From positions 160,001-224,000 of the forward strand of contig BK006936.2 in the NCBI GenBank assembly GCA_000146045.2: a stretch of 64,000 bases of DNA, read 5' to 3'. The translations under genes and the position numbers were made by a program. Source of the stretch: TPA_inf: Saccharomyces (taxonomy: Eukaryota). Positions within the stretch are counted from its first letter, which is position 1. Each line of letters begins with the position of its first letter. Of this stretch, positions 1 to 11,038 are shown piece by piece. A model generated the notes under the pieces. The model worked only from the letters and a program-made list of their open reading frames with translations, did no database searches and had not been told where the DNA came from.

Positions 1-183
1 GTCCGGCCGCTCAGCCAAACAACAAACAAGACTATAATCTGGAGCATAAGTACCCGAGCATATATAACTACTTGGCATACGAAGTAAAAGCATATTGCTC
101 CCCACTCCTATCGCGCGTCCCCTGTACAACAAAGCATCAACTTATCGGGTAACTTAGAGACAGCATTAGTATATATACCAGCC

Positions 184-1329
184 ATGTCACAGTTCTTCGA
201 AGCTGCTACTCCCGTTGCAATTCCCACAAACAATACCAACGGCGGCTCCAGTGATGCCGGCAGCGCCGCCACTGGCGGCGCCCCCGTTGTTGGCACCACC
301 GCTCAACCCACCATCAATCACAGGCTTTTGCTGTCATTGAAAGAGGCTGCCAAGATCATTGGCACTAAGGGCTCCACCATCTCACGCATAAGAGCTGCAA
401 ACGCCGTCAAGATCGGTATTTCTGAAAAGGTGCCCGGTTGCTCTGACAGGATCCTGTCCTGTGCTGGGAACGTAATCAATGTGGCCAATGCCATTGGTGA
501 TATTGTTGACGTGCTTAACAAACGGAATCCCGAAAATGAGGACGCAGCTGAGGGCGAAGCGGAAGAGCACTACTACTTCCACTTTTTGAACCATATTTTA
601 CCAGCTCCCTCAAAGGACGAGATCAGAGATCTGCAGCAACTGGAGGACATCGGTTATGTGAGGCTCATTGTGGCCAATTCCCATATCTCATCGATTATCG
701 GGAAAGCAGGCGCCACCATCAAGTCCCTGATCAATAAGCACGGCGTTAAGATCGTGGCTTCCAAGGACTTCTTACCTGCTAGCGACGAGAGAATTATCGA
801 GATCCAGGGTTTCCCAGGATCCATCACCAATGTACTTATCGAAATTAGCGAGATCATCTTGAGTGACGTTGACGTCAGATTCAGCACAGAAAGATCTTAT
901 TTCCCTCATCTGAAAAAGTCCTCCGGTGAGCCAACTTCCCCTTCTACCTCATCTAACACTAGGATCGAATTGAAGATTCCAGAACTGTATGTAGGCGCCA
1001 TTATTGGCCGTGGAATGAACAGAATTAAGAATTTGAAAACTTTCACAAAAACCAATATTGTCGTGGAAAGGAAGGATGACGATGATAAAGACGAAAATTT
1101 TAGAAAATTCATAATCACAAGTAAATTTCCTAAGAATGTCAAACTTGCTGAGTCCATGCTTTTGAAGAACCTGAATACTGAAATTGAGAAACGTGAAAAC
1201 TACAAGAGAAAATTGGAAGCTGCCGAAGGAGATGCCACTGTTGTTACTGAACGCTCTGATTCTGCTTCTTTCTTGGAAGAGAAGGAAGAACCTCAAGAGA
1301 ATCATGATAACAAAGAGGAGCAGTCGTAG
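184..1329 (+). CDS. HEK2: KH-domain RNA-binding protein (YBL032W), 381 aa
   Basis: Intact ATG-to-stop ORF. The translation shows three KH-type GXXG loops (IIGTKGSTISRIR, IIGKAGATIKSL, IIGRGMNRIKNL). Its position directly upstream of SHE1 and PET9 matches chrII-L gene order. Confidence 0.9.
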   Translation: MSQFFEAATPVAIPTNNTNGGSSDAGSAATGGAPVVGTTAQPTINHRLLLSLKEAAKIIGTKGSTISRIRAANAVKIGISEKVPGCSDRILSCAGNVINVANAIGDIVDVLNKRNPENEDAAEGEAEEHYYFHFLNHILPAPSKDEIRDLQQLEDIGYVRLIVANSHISSIIGKAGATIKSLINKHGVKIVASKDFLPASDERIIEIQGFPGSITNVLIEISEIILSDVDVRFSTERSYFPHLKKSSGEPTSPSTSSNTRIELKIPELYVGAIIGRGMNRIKNLKTFTKTNIVVERKDDDDKDENFRKFIITSKFPKNVKLAESMLLKNLNTEIEKRENYKRKLEAAEGDATVVTERSDSASFLEEKEEPQENHDNKEEQS

Positions 1330-1698
1330 TATATACGTGTGCGTGCGCACGTCCCACACAGACAAAACAAACTATCATCTTAACGAATAATGTTGCATCA
1401 TTACTAGTTTAAACTGTATTTTTATTAAAGGGAAAAAAATGATTCAATATGTATATATTTATTCATGTATATGTATTTTGAATTAAAAAAAAACGTTTTA
1501 TAAATACTCAATAAAGCCGTTGTATTTTCTTTATTACTATCGAAATTCTTGCTTTAAACATTTCGCGCATCGCCGGCTAGAGGCACAGAGAGGGAAGGGG
1601 AAAATAACATGAAAAAATCGTAAGTTTCTAGGCAATGGTATAAACAAATAAACAATAAACATGCAATTACAGCTCTAGAACACATATTATCTTCATGG

Positions 1699-2715
1699 AT
1701 GAATGATAAACTCCAAGAAGAGCATAACGAAAAAGACACCACTTCACAAATTAATGGTTTCACGCCGCCGCATATGAGTATAGACTTTCATTCAAATAAC
1801 AATAGCAATATCATCGAGACTATTGGCGTTTCCAAAAGATTAGGAAATTCTGTATTAAGTGAACTGGATTCTAGAGCTAGCTCAAAATTTGAATTTTTAA
1901 AAGATCAATCCGAACAACAATACAACGGCGACAAGAACAATGAACCAAAATCGGGCTCGTATAATATTAATGAGTTCTTCCAAGCAAAGCACGACTCTCA
2001 ATTTGGCCAGATGGAGTCGCTAGACACACATTATACCCTTTTACATACGCCCAAGAGAAAGTCACAACATGCAATCCCACAGGATCGATCGGATTCGATG
2101 AAAAGGTCGAGACCGTCCCGCTCAATTCCATACACTACACCAGTGGTAAACGATATCACAAGAAGAATACGAAGATTGAAATTACGGAACTCATTGGTTA
2201 ATGGTAATGACATAGTGGCTAGAGCGAGATCTATGCAAGCAAATTCTAACATTAATTCAATAAAGAACACACCATTGTCAAAGCCCAAGCCATTTATGCA
2301 CAAACCAAACTTTCTAATGCCCACTACGAATTCTTTGAACAAGATCAATTCCGCTCACCGTAATACATCCTCCTCTTCGACAGCTTCATCGATACCAAGA
2401 TCTAAAGTACACAGATCGATATCAATAAGAGATTTACACGCCAAAACCAAACCGGTAGAACGCACGCCAGTTGCGCAAGGAACAAATTCGCAATTGAAGA
2501 ATTCAGTTTCCGTTTTTGATAGACTTTACAAGCAAACAACGTTCTCTAGGTCGACGTCTATGAACAACTTATCGTCAGGAACCTCTGCAAAATCCAAGGA
2601 ACACACAAATGTAAAGACTCGGTTGGTTAAAAGTAAGACAAGTGGTTCATTGTCCAGTAACCTTAAGCAAAGTACTGCCACCGGCACAAAGAGTGATAGA
2701 CCTATTTGGCGGTGA
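1699..2715 (+). CDS. SHE1: Mitotic spindle / dynein-regulating protein (YBL031W), 338 aa
   Basis: 338-aa S/N/K-rich low-complexity ORF. Its length and its position between HEK2 and PET9 match the reference gene order recalled from memory. Confidence 0.85.
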
Positions 2716-3040
2716 TTAAGTAATAAAAAAATTGCATTTTATAAGAAACATCATGTGATGACATTTAAAAAGTGGGAAAGAATACTACTAATATAAAACT
2801 ATTTACTGGATATTTAGAATTTTTTTTTTTTCTTCTTTATACGTAAAAGTTGTTCAAAAAATTTCATCGTTTTCTTTTTTTATGAATCTTTGATTCTTGT
2901 TGAAAAGAATTTCTAAAAAAATAGGAGGATAATAATATTATCAAAACAAATCGTGTCACTCATTAAACACCAAAAATCCAAAGAAGAAAAAAAGGAAAAT
3001 GTGAGAAAGAATTTAGATTAAGAATCAAGCCAGATTAGAC

Positions 3041-3997
3041 TTATTTGAACTTCTTACCAAACAAGATCATTTGCAGTTGGTCGTACATTGAGATAACACC
3101 AGCACCTGCGACACCTCTTAAGATGTTAGCACCACAACCCTTGAATAGAGAACCAACACCTTCAGCAGCAACAATCTTCCTCAAACAGTCAAAGGCACCG
3201 TCGTACTTAACAGCTTGACCGGAGGTCATCATCATTCTTCTTCTAACGGTATCCAATGGGTAAGAACATGTAGAAGCACCAGTAGTAACAACCCAACCCA
3301 ACAAGAATGAAGCCAAGAATGAACCTTCCAAAGAACCAGTCAACAATAGAGGCTTCAAAGAATCGTACATACCGAAGTATAGACCTCTGTAGACAACAAT
3401 ACCAACGACAGAAGGTAAGAAACCTCTGTAAAGACCAGCAACACCATCAGATTTTAAGGTCTTCTTGTAGACATCGATCAAACCGTTGAATTGACGAGCA
3501 CCACCCTTTTTAGAGGACTTGGAGTCAGCAGCCAATCTAGTTCTTGCATAATCCAAAGAGTAAACAAATAGTAATGACAAGGCACCAGCAGCACCACCAG
3601 ATGCCAAGTTACCGGCAAACCATTTGGCGTAACCTTCTTCCTTCTTGAAACCAAACATGGCCTTGATCTTGTCCTTGAAGGCGAAATTCAAAGCTTGAGT
3701 GGGGAAATAACGGATAACGTTAGCAGTGTTACCTCTCCAGAATGAGATAACACCTTCCTGTGTAGCGGTTCTCTTGAAACAGTCTAAGATACCTGCGTAT
3801 TTTCTGTCCAAAGTACCTTGTTTTAACATTTCATCTTGGTTTTGGATCAAAAGTTTAACTCTTTCGATGGGAGATGCAGCAGTTTTGGCGACAGCGGCAC
3901 TGACACCACCCATTAAGAAATCAATCAAAAAGTTAGATTCCTTCTTTGGAGCTGGGGCTGGAGGTAATGGGGTTTTGACTTGGGCGTTGGAAGACAT
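3041..3997 (-). CDS. PET9: Major mitochondrial ADP/ATP carrier (YBL030C), 318 aa
   Basis: Translation begins [31 protein letters not shown]. It shows three mitochondrial-carrier repeats ([10 protein letters not shown]) and the ADP/ATP-carrier signature RRRMMM. Confidence 0.97.
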
Positions 3998-4282
3998 GGC
4001 TATTTGCTTATATGTATGTTAATGTATGATTCTGAAGTATAAAAGAGCACACAAAAAAGAACAACGACAAATATAAATAATATAGAGGGGCTCCTTTGAC
4101 TTGTAGATGTATTGCAATGTTCCGTATAACTAACAGTGAATATATACTTTTTTGAGTGGGTTGTCGTGAAAAATTAATATTAAAAACTCAAATGGTATTT
4201 ATATTGTGCGACGACGTGGGCCCGATCGACGGAGACATGTCCCCGATAATCGCACCTCACCCTCTGAGAGTGGGGCCTTCTC

Positions 4283-4346
4283 ATTGGCCCGCGCTCTACA
4301 CCAATCAGCATAGCGCATTTACCGCCTTTCGCTTGTTCTCCATTGG
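4283..4346. promoter_or_regulatory. Cluster of three CCAAT/ATTGG boxes upstream of PET9 (putative Hap2/3/4/5 sites)
   Basis: ATTGG at 4283-4287, CCAAT at 4301-4305 and ATTGG at 4342-4346. All lie 290-350 bp upstream of the PET9 ATG, which is on the minus strand. PET9 is a known HAP-regulated respiratory gene. Confidence 0.4.
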
Positions 4347-4356
4347 AAACAGTGCT

Positions 4357-4369
4357 CGTGCATCGTGAT
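4357..4369 (-). promoter_or_regulatory. Putative Abf1 site (RTCRYnnnnnACG) in PET9 promoter
   Basis: The minus strand reads ATCACGATGCACG, which fits the Abf1 consensus. Read by eye only. Confidence 0.3.
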
Positions 4370-4487
4370 GTTATTTGTTACGTATGGAAAAATCGTGTCT
4401 ATACTTCTGTATAATATATGTATGGTTATAGTGAACACATATATATAAATACATATATAAGAGGAAGAAAAGGAAATTATTTCGTTA

Positions 4488-4772
4488 TCAGTTGGGCTGC
4501 TTTTGTCGTAAGTTTTGTTGTTCTTGAATGACTTTATTAAGCTGTTCGTCATTCTTAAAATCTTGTCGCCAATTGCATATGGGGCAGTGCAACTGTTTTC
4601 CCCAGAAGACCGGAACCAACGGTATAAACCAAATAGTGAAAAATTCCTTTCTTTTTATGGGGCCGACACTATAATTGTGACAATTCGGGCAATACAGGTT
4701 TTGATGTCCGGGAACGGTATCGTATGAAGAGTCGAAACTCTTCATACCACATACAATAGGTATGAATGACAT
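4488..4772 (-). CDS. Small LITAF-like zinc-ribbon protein of unknown function (YBL029C-A), 94 aa
   Basis: The 94-aa product MSFIPIVCGMKSF...QKQPN comes from the second in-frame ATG of the 123-aa track ORF. It contains CPNC, then a hydrophobic stretch (FFTIWFIPLVPVFW), then HCPIC. Confidence 0.8.
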   Translation of the reverse strand: MSFIPIVCGMKSFDSSYDTVPGHQNLYCPNCHNYSVGPIKRKEFFTIWFIPLVPVFWGKQLHCPICNWRQDFKNDEQLNKVIQEQQNLRQKQPN

Positions 4773-5894
4773 GGTAATTTTTTCTTTTTGAGGTTGTGTA
4801 TTAAGTTGCTTATCTGATTTCACTTTACACCAATCTTCCTTGCTGACATTTATTCCCAACTTGTTCTTCAGCCGCTTGTTTTATAACGTACATTATTGTA
4901 AAAACGGAGTAGAAAGGGAAAAAGGGAAAGGGATGGACGTGGCTAATGCGCATCTTCGTTTGTGTGTATATCCTTTGATCTTCACTACATAATTTGTTAC
5001 CCGACAATGCTTTTTTTTTTTTCTCAATTTTCATCTCTTTTCTTTTTCCTCATTTCTTATGAAAATCAGTGTGACTAAAATGAGACTTCGTATTTTTTGT
5101 AGAGGCACCATACGCCGGCTCCGCCGTCACCACATTCTCCCCTGCCGGTAAAGACCGGCGCACGCGGAAAAGGCGTACATAGCGTCGGGCGGTAACGGAG
5201 TCATTCCATCGCTGATAATTACCCCTTGCAGCAAACCCAGAGCCCTATTACGAATCTAGCCCATACACCGCGTTAGAGCACTCGCCGTTTTGCTCCGGGT
5301 CGTGCCGTCGTACATGCATACGCGTCCTGCAGGCATACCATAAGCCCACATACAATCACCTGTAGAAAGAAACAAAGCTTGTGTATGTAATCAAAGCAGA
5401 AATCTGATGGGTTCGAACGACTTCGTTATAGAAATATTATCTTTGGGTCTCGTCCTGCGTTATTCCTCCTGTCTCCTGCCGCTTTGATAACCTTTTCATT
5501 CCTCCCCTTAACTTGTTATTTCGTGTTACGATATTGGGTAACTTAGTAGCGTAAATGGTAAAATGTAGGGACTCAATCTCATAGGTGGTTATGTTTTTCG
5601 TTCTCATTTTTCAAATCTGTGACTTCACAGACAAAACGCGTAGTGATTTCTTTATCTGAATGAGCCTTCGAAAAAAAAAACAACGATTTCTTATGCAGTT
5701 AGTCGGCCAGTTGGTTATTGACTATCTGTGCGATTCCCCTTCCTGCATAAAAATAAACACAATCTTAATACGCCATACGTTGACTCCATTTTTTGCTCGT
5801 TTCATTATATTATCTTCCCATGCCGCTCCTGCGTGGGATTCCCTTTATTATAACTTTTAAGGTTTCTACCCACATATATGCAATTTTTATCATG

Positions 5895-5926
<32 letters not shown>

Positions 5927-6133
5927 CTCTCTTTGTTGTGTTTTCGAGAAAAAGTTCAATTGTTTAAAAGGAATTAAGCAAATTATATATATGCGACTGT
6001 TGGTTTCCAGTTCTAATCTGTACTCTTTTTTTTGAATTTGCACTGTTATCTCCTTTTATACTTGCGTGTTAATCTTGTATTAGGCAAAAGCTTAGTCGTA
6101 ATATATAGAGATTATAAAACCAAAATAAAGCTA

Positions 6134-7264
6134 ATGTGCGCCAATATCCCCGAATTCGACTCTTTTTACGAAAATGAAAATATAAATTACAACTTGGAAT
6201 CATTCGCACCTTTAAATTGTGATGTTAATTCGCCCTTTCTCCCCATTAATAACAATGACATCAACGTTAATGCTTATGGTGACGAAAATTTAACGTACTC
6301 CAACTTTTTACTGTCTTATAACGATAAGCTGGCTACTACAACTGCTAAAAACAATAGCATTAATAATAGTAATAGTAATAATAATAGTAATAATAATAAA
6401 AATAATAATAATAATCATAATAATAATAATCTACTCGGTAATGACATCAGTCAGATGGCCTTTTTACTCGATTACCCTTCTACTCTCAACGAACCGCAAT
6501 TTGCCGTAAATTGTAAAGACATTTACAGAAAGGATATATCAACGCCTTCGTCATTAGTTTCGAGTCTGCCACCTGCAAAGTTTTCGTTATCCCTATCGAA
6601 TTCGCCTTCTCCGCCACCACCATCGTCGTCCTCTTTGAAACATGGGGAAGCAATAATTTCTAATACCAGCGAAAGCAGTGACATATTTGCCGATCCTAAT
6701 TCGTTTGAAAAGGATACTATGCCCCTAACGCAAGAACTGACGCTAGAAAATCTAAATAATCAATTAAACTATCCCGATTTCACGATAAACGCCATCGAGC
6801 AGGATCCTGCCCCTTCGTCTTTTTCATCCTCATCTTCGTCTTCGGAGTCAACGGTCTCTTCCAGCAGGAAGAGGAAGCCCTGTCATGATTCCTACACACA
6901 TTCTTCACCCTCTTCCTCAGAGTCTAAGAAAATTTCCGACTCGAGATTATCCGCCGAAGGTTTAGCCAAAGTGCTTAATTTAGAATCCCCCGAAGAAGCT
7001 TTAAAAAGAGAACGCTTTATATTGGGTATTTTCCAGAATGAATTAAATTACCCGCTAGGTTACAAAACGTGGATTAGGGATACTACAAAAGAATATAGGA
7101 CAAAGTTAATCAATCAACTGCACGAACGAGTAAAGGTAAAGTACCCCGAATACAACCAGTCCATACTGGAAACAATAATTAGACGAGGCACCTACTACAT
7201 GATGCAGAGTAGGTTAAGAAGAGAGAGGAGAATGAAGCTTAAGGAACGTAAAAGAACAACCTAA
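6134..7264 (+). CDS. Protein of unknown function (YBL029W), 376 aa, poly-Asn/Ser low complexity
   Basis: ATG at 6134 (MCANIPEFDSFYEN...). The track ORF starts 34 codons earlier. I chose the internal ATG from the remembered 376-aa length. It contains a long N/S tract. Confidence 0.75.
   Translation: MCANIPEFDSFYENENINYNLESFAPLNCDVNSPFLPINNNDINVNAYGDENLTYSNFLLSYNDKLATTTAKNNSINNSNSNNNSNNNKNNNNNHNNNNLLGNDISQMAFLLDYPSTLNEPQFAVNCKDIYRKDISTPSSLVSSLPPAKFSLSLSNSPSPPPPSSSSLKHGEAIISNTSESSDIFADPNSFEKDTMPLTQELTLENLNNQLNYPDFTINAIEQDPAPSSFSSSSSSSESTVSSSRKRKPCHDSYTHSSPSSSESKKISDSRLSAEGLAKVLNLESPEEALKRERFILGIFQNELNYPLGYKTWIRDTTKEYRTKLINQLHERVKVKYPEYNQSILETIIRRGTYYMMQSRLRRERRMKLKERKRTT
6349..6432 (+). repeat. 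Coding AAT/AGT trinucleotide microsatellite (poly-Asn/Ser tract) inside YBL029W
   Basis: (AATAATAGT)n-like run. It encodes NNSINNSNSNNNSNNNKNNNNNHNNNN. Confidence 0.85.
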
Positions 7265-7517
7265 TTTTATTACCCAAAAAAAAAAATGCATTATATATTT
7301 CATCCATATATAGAACACACTTACTCACATAAAAGACAAATATATAAAAGTGAACCGGTTTTCATATCATCACCCTCTGTTGTCCTTTCAACTCTTAAAT
7401 TGTCTAGGAAGAGATAAAGCACGGTGAAGAATAAAAATAACGTCGGAATTTTAGTATGGTACATAATTAAAAATTTTACAACCTAGCTCCTATCAAGTTC
7501 TTATTACCTTCATTTTA

Positions 7518-7838
7518 TCAGAATCTGGTGAAAGAAGTTTTTTTCTTAGATTGTTTCATCAGCTTAGCCTTTTTATAAGTGTGATGTCTACCGTCTCTCC
7601 AACCAGAGGTGCTGATTTTTTTTCTGGGAGCTTCTTCATTGGATTTTTTCTCGTCGACATCCATGTCAATTCCTTGCTCTTCTTTCTTTTTTAGATCTTC
7701 TAATTTTTGCTTTAGTAAGTCTTCCTTTAGTTTATCGGATATTCTTTGTTCACGTGCATCTACTGCTTTTTGGAAAACGCCACGTCTTTTGACAGATTTA
7801 GCATTTAGATGACTGCTAGCACGTAATGATTTGGCCAT
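7518..7838 (-). CDS. Small basic nucleolar protein of unknown function (YBL028C), 106 aa
   Basis: 106-aa lysine-rich ORF (MAKSLRASSHLNAKSVKRRG...). It sits between YBL029W and RPL19B. Confidence 0.85.
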   Translation of the reverse strand: MAKSLRASSHLNAKSVKRRGVFQKAVDAREQRISDKLKEDLLKQKLEDLKKKEEQGIDMDVDEKKSNEEAPRKKISTSGWRDGRHHTYKKAKLMKQSKKKTSFTRF

Positions 7839-8422
7839 GATTCTTGTTCTAGTAAGTTTTAACTTATTTTATATGCTGAACTCTTGGTTTGTCATCAGTG
7901 TCAATATATCAGAATGTTTTACTAATACCTAGTACGAAAATTTTTCGTAGAGCCTCATCGCTCTGTCTCTCGCTATCCAAAAAAAAAAAAAAAAGTGGAA
8001 CTGGATGAATATTGCGTATAAGGACAGTGTTTTAAAACCCAGACATATTTTTCACCAGTACCTCTTGGAAAACGGAAAAAGTTTTTTTGCGAATACTTTC
8101 AATTCTTGAGTTGTAAGGCTGCATCCCTCCGTAGAACAAACCAGAGAGCCGAGCTTAGTAATGAGCTTACGGAATGTTCGTCCCACTGGGAGGGAGTGGC
8201 AATACCGTCTAACCTCTCGCCTACGTTCTCATCGCTATGGGAATTGGGCAGGCCTGGTGGGACTGGCCCTTCTTTCTACACATTCCACATCGGTAGCTTG
8301 TTATACTCCTCGGGAGATTACTGTATCTACATCGGGATACTAATAGTACATTTATACGCTAGTGCTACTTGATAGATCTTTTCACCAAATCGAATAAAAA
8401 GTCACCAATAAATTAGAGGAAA

Positions 8423-9376
8423 ATGTATGTTTAACAGTGATACTAAATTTTGAACCTTTCACAAGATTTATCTTTAAATATGTTATGAATGTCATCCTTT
8501 GGAGAGAAATAGATAAGGAAAAAAATTGAGGATACAGCATCCGGTGGTCGCATAGTTGGTAGCAACATCCATAGAAGAACCTCAGATAAATTTCAAGCTT
8601 GTACGAATTGCCGCGTTTATTACAAACTATAGAATTATCGCAGCAATGGTACGTGTCTGTTCCTGCAAGCGTTAATTCGATTGATAGATAAAGTAATTCA
8701 TTAACCTTTGCGAATATGCTCTTTACTGTTAGGTTTCAGGATTTTAAAAATGAAGCAACTTTACTAACATCAATATGCAAATAAATCTGCAAAAACTTTT
8801 TTTCACAGGGCTAACTTGCGTACTCAAAAGAGACTTGCCGCTTCTGTTGTCGGTGTTGGTAAGAGAAAGGTTTGGTTAGACCCAAACGAAACTTCTGAAA
8901 TTGCCCAAGCCAACTCTAGAAATGCCATTAGAAAATTGGTCAAGAACGGAACCATCGTCAAGAAGGCCGTTACTGTCCACTCTAAATCTAGAACTAGAGC
9001 CCATGCTCAATCCAAGAGAGAAGGTCGTCACAGTGGTTACGGTAAGAGAAAGGGTACTAGAGAAGCTCGTTTACCATCCCAAGTCGTCTGGATCAGAAGA
9101 TTACGTGTCTTGAGAAGATTATTGGCCAAGTACCGTGACGCTGGTAAGATTGACAAGCATTTGTACCACGTTTTGTACAAGGAATCCAAGGGTAACGCCT
9201 TCAAGCACAAGAGAGCTTTGGTTGAACACATTATTCAAGCTAAGGCTGATGCTCAACGTGAAAAGGCTTTGAACGAAGAAGCTGAAGCTAGAAGATTGAA
9301 GAACAGAGCTGCTCGTGACAGAAGAGCTCAAAGAGTTGCTGAAAAGAGAGACGCTTTGCTAAAGGAAGACGCTTAA
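8423..9376 (+). CDS. RPL19B: Ribosomal protein L19 (YBL027W), 189 aa; join(8423..8424,8809..9376)
   Basis: Exon 1 is only AT (8423-8424). The 5' splice site GTATGT starts at 8425. Exon 2 begins GGCTAACTTG, restoring ATG GCT AAC ([10 protein letters not shown]...). The L19e sequence is recognisable to the KEDA C-terminus. Confidence 0.93.
8425..8808 (+). other. RPL19B: RPL19B intron (384 nt)
   Basis: 5' splice site GTATGT at 8425-8430. Branch point TACTAAC at 8762-8768. 3' splice site CACAG ends at 8808. Confidence 0.9.
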
Positions 9377-9961
9377 TTGATTACAAATAATTAGCTAAGA
9401 AATTACGTACCTTCTCATTGTTCTATATATGTTTTATTTTCTCTAAAATGTACCAAATACAATAATAGTTTCAAAGGAGCAGAGAAAGAAACTAAGGTGA
9501 AGGAGACTGTTCGTAGAATAAATGAATATTGATTAAAATTTTCTGAAAAAAAGAGTAATGAAGTCGTAGTCATCGCTAATGTACCGTAAGTGAGTTCTGA
9601 AAGGAGGCGGGTTCTTGTTTCAACGTAGCTTGTCTAGTCCTTTATGGCATCGTGTAAAATTGGTATATATTCAGAACACCCAGGAGTGAATTGATTTGCT
9701 GCTATAGGGGGAAATAAGATGTAACGATATTTTTTGTACTGAATTTCTTTGATGATACTGCCAGGATTGAGAGTTTGGTTGCCACATGTACGCTTAGGAC
9801 ACTCATGACTATCACTCCTGTGTATCGCTTCCATGTCGTATACCCACTGGCCGATTCTCACCCTCTGCATTGTATGATATTACTAGTATTGCTTGTTTCA
9901 GGGGCAAGAATTTTCACTAATACACTACCAGTTTATGATAGCTTATCTACATCCTTTTACT

Positions 9962-10005
9962 GCAAAATTATTCTGGATTTGCAAAATTATTCTGGATTTG
10001 CAAAA
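9962..10005. repeat. 19-bp direct tandem duplication (GCAAAATTATTCTGGATTT x2 plus a partial copy)
   Basis: Perfect tandem copies at 9962-9980 and 9981-9999, followed by GCAAAA. Intergenic between RPL19B and LSM2. Confidence 0.9.
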
Positions 10006-10622
10006 GTTCGGCTTCACTATCAAAGCGAAAGGTGACCTTTTTATCGTACCTTTAAGAAAGATAGGCATAAACAATACTGTGTGGCAGGAAAAGATTTGAT
10101 GAAGACCAAAAACAGCATCGAAGTGCTTTGCTACGATTTCTTTTTTTACTCTCCGGTTATTTTGAGCTATCTTGTCATTATATCTTTAAATTTATATATT
10201 TCTTTGCCCAGCTTTTAAGCGTTCACTGGAATTGCCCATATGTTCACTAAATATAAAACTGATTATTCTCTCCTCTATATTGTCATCTCGGCAGAAAAGC
10301 TACTTTTAAATAAGTTTTAAACACCAGTTTTCTGCAATGATAAAAATAGCTACTTTGGATAGAGGCTGAGGCCTAACTAGTTGGAAGAAACTACTTAGGG
10401 ATCCTTTGTACGGGAAACTTTTTTCCGCTGTTGTAATTGTATCATTGTCGTTGTTCATTTTTCAAATCCAGGCAATGAGGAAGTTTTGAACCAAAAAAAA
10501 TAAAACCGAAAACAGAGCAACTTTAATTATAGTACGGCATATAAGGAAAACAAATCCAGAATTCAATAAAAGAATACAATACTTTCGAACACATATCTCA
10601 CGCTGATAACACCCTAGCAAGT

Positions 10623-11038
10623 ATGCTTTTCTTCTCCTTTTTCAAGACTTTAGTTGACCAAGAAGTGGTCGTAGAGGTATGTTCATAATGATTTACATCG
10701 GAATTCCCTTTGATACAAGAAAACTAACGGGTATCGTACATCAATTTTTGAAAAAAGTCAAGTACTAACGTTTGTTTACCCCTGTTTATTGTGTTTCCAC
10801 TCAGTTAAAAAACGACATTGAAATAAAAGGTACACTACAATCAGTTGACCAATTTTTGAATCTGAAACTAGACAACATATCATGCACAGATGAAAAAAAA
10901 TATCCACACTTGGGTTCCGTAAGGAATATTTTTATAAGAGGTTCAACAGTCAGGTACGTTTACTTGAATAAGAACATGGTAGATACGAATTTGCTACAAG
11001 ACGCTACCAGAAGGGAGGTAATGACTGAAAGAAAATAA
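10623..11038 (+). CDS. LSM2: Sm-like protein Lsm2 (YBL026W), 95 aa; join(10623..10676,10805..11038)
   Basis: Exon 1 encodes MLFFSFFKTLVDQEVVVE, then GTATGT follows. Exon 2 (LKNDIEIKGTLQSVDQF...TERK) joins after TCAG. The Sm fold is recognisable. Confidence 0.93.
10677..10804 (+). other. LSM2: LSM2 intron (128 nt)
   Basis: GTATGT at 10677. TACTAAC at 10763-10769. 3' AG at 10803-10804. Confidence 0.9.

Noticed and set aside
949-1365. 138-aa ORF antisense within HEK2, plus other 60-130-aa antisense or overlapping ORFs throughout the track
   Set aside because: Each is fully embedded in a well-supported gene on the opposite strand. They have no motifs and a hydrophobic, low-complexity composition typical of random antisense frames.
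6032-6133. N-terminal extensions in track ORFs for YBL029W, APN2 (24242), FUS3 (32406), ALK2 (47041), YBL029C-A (to 4859) and MCM2 (17529)
   Set aside because: In-frame upstream Met or alternative-start codons lengthen the track ORFs. I chose the internal ATGs that reproduce the remembered protein lengths and conserved N-termini, for example FUS3 MPKRIVYN... and APN2 MSSSENT.... This rests on memory, not on a search.
10000-10250. Possible replication origin between RPL19B and LSM2 (I vaguely recall an ARS near here)
   Set aside because: I could not find a convincing ARS consensus match (WTTTAYRTTTW) by eye on either strand. Not reported as a feature.
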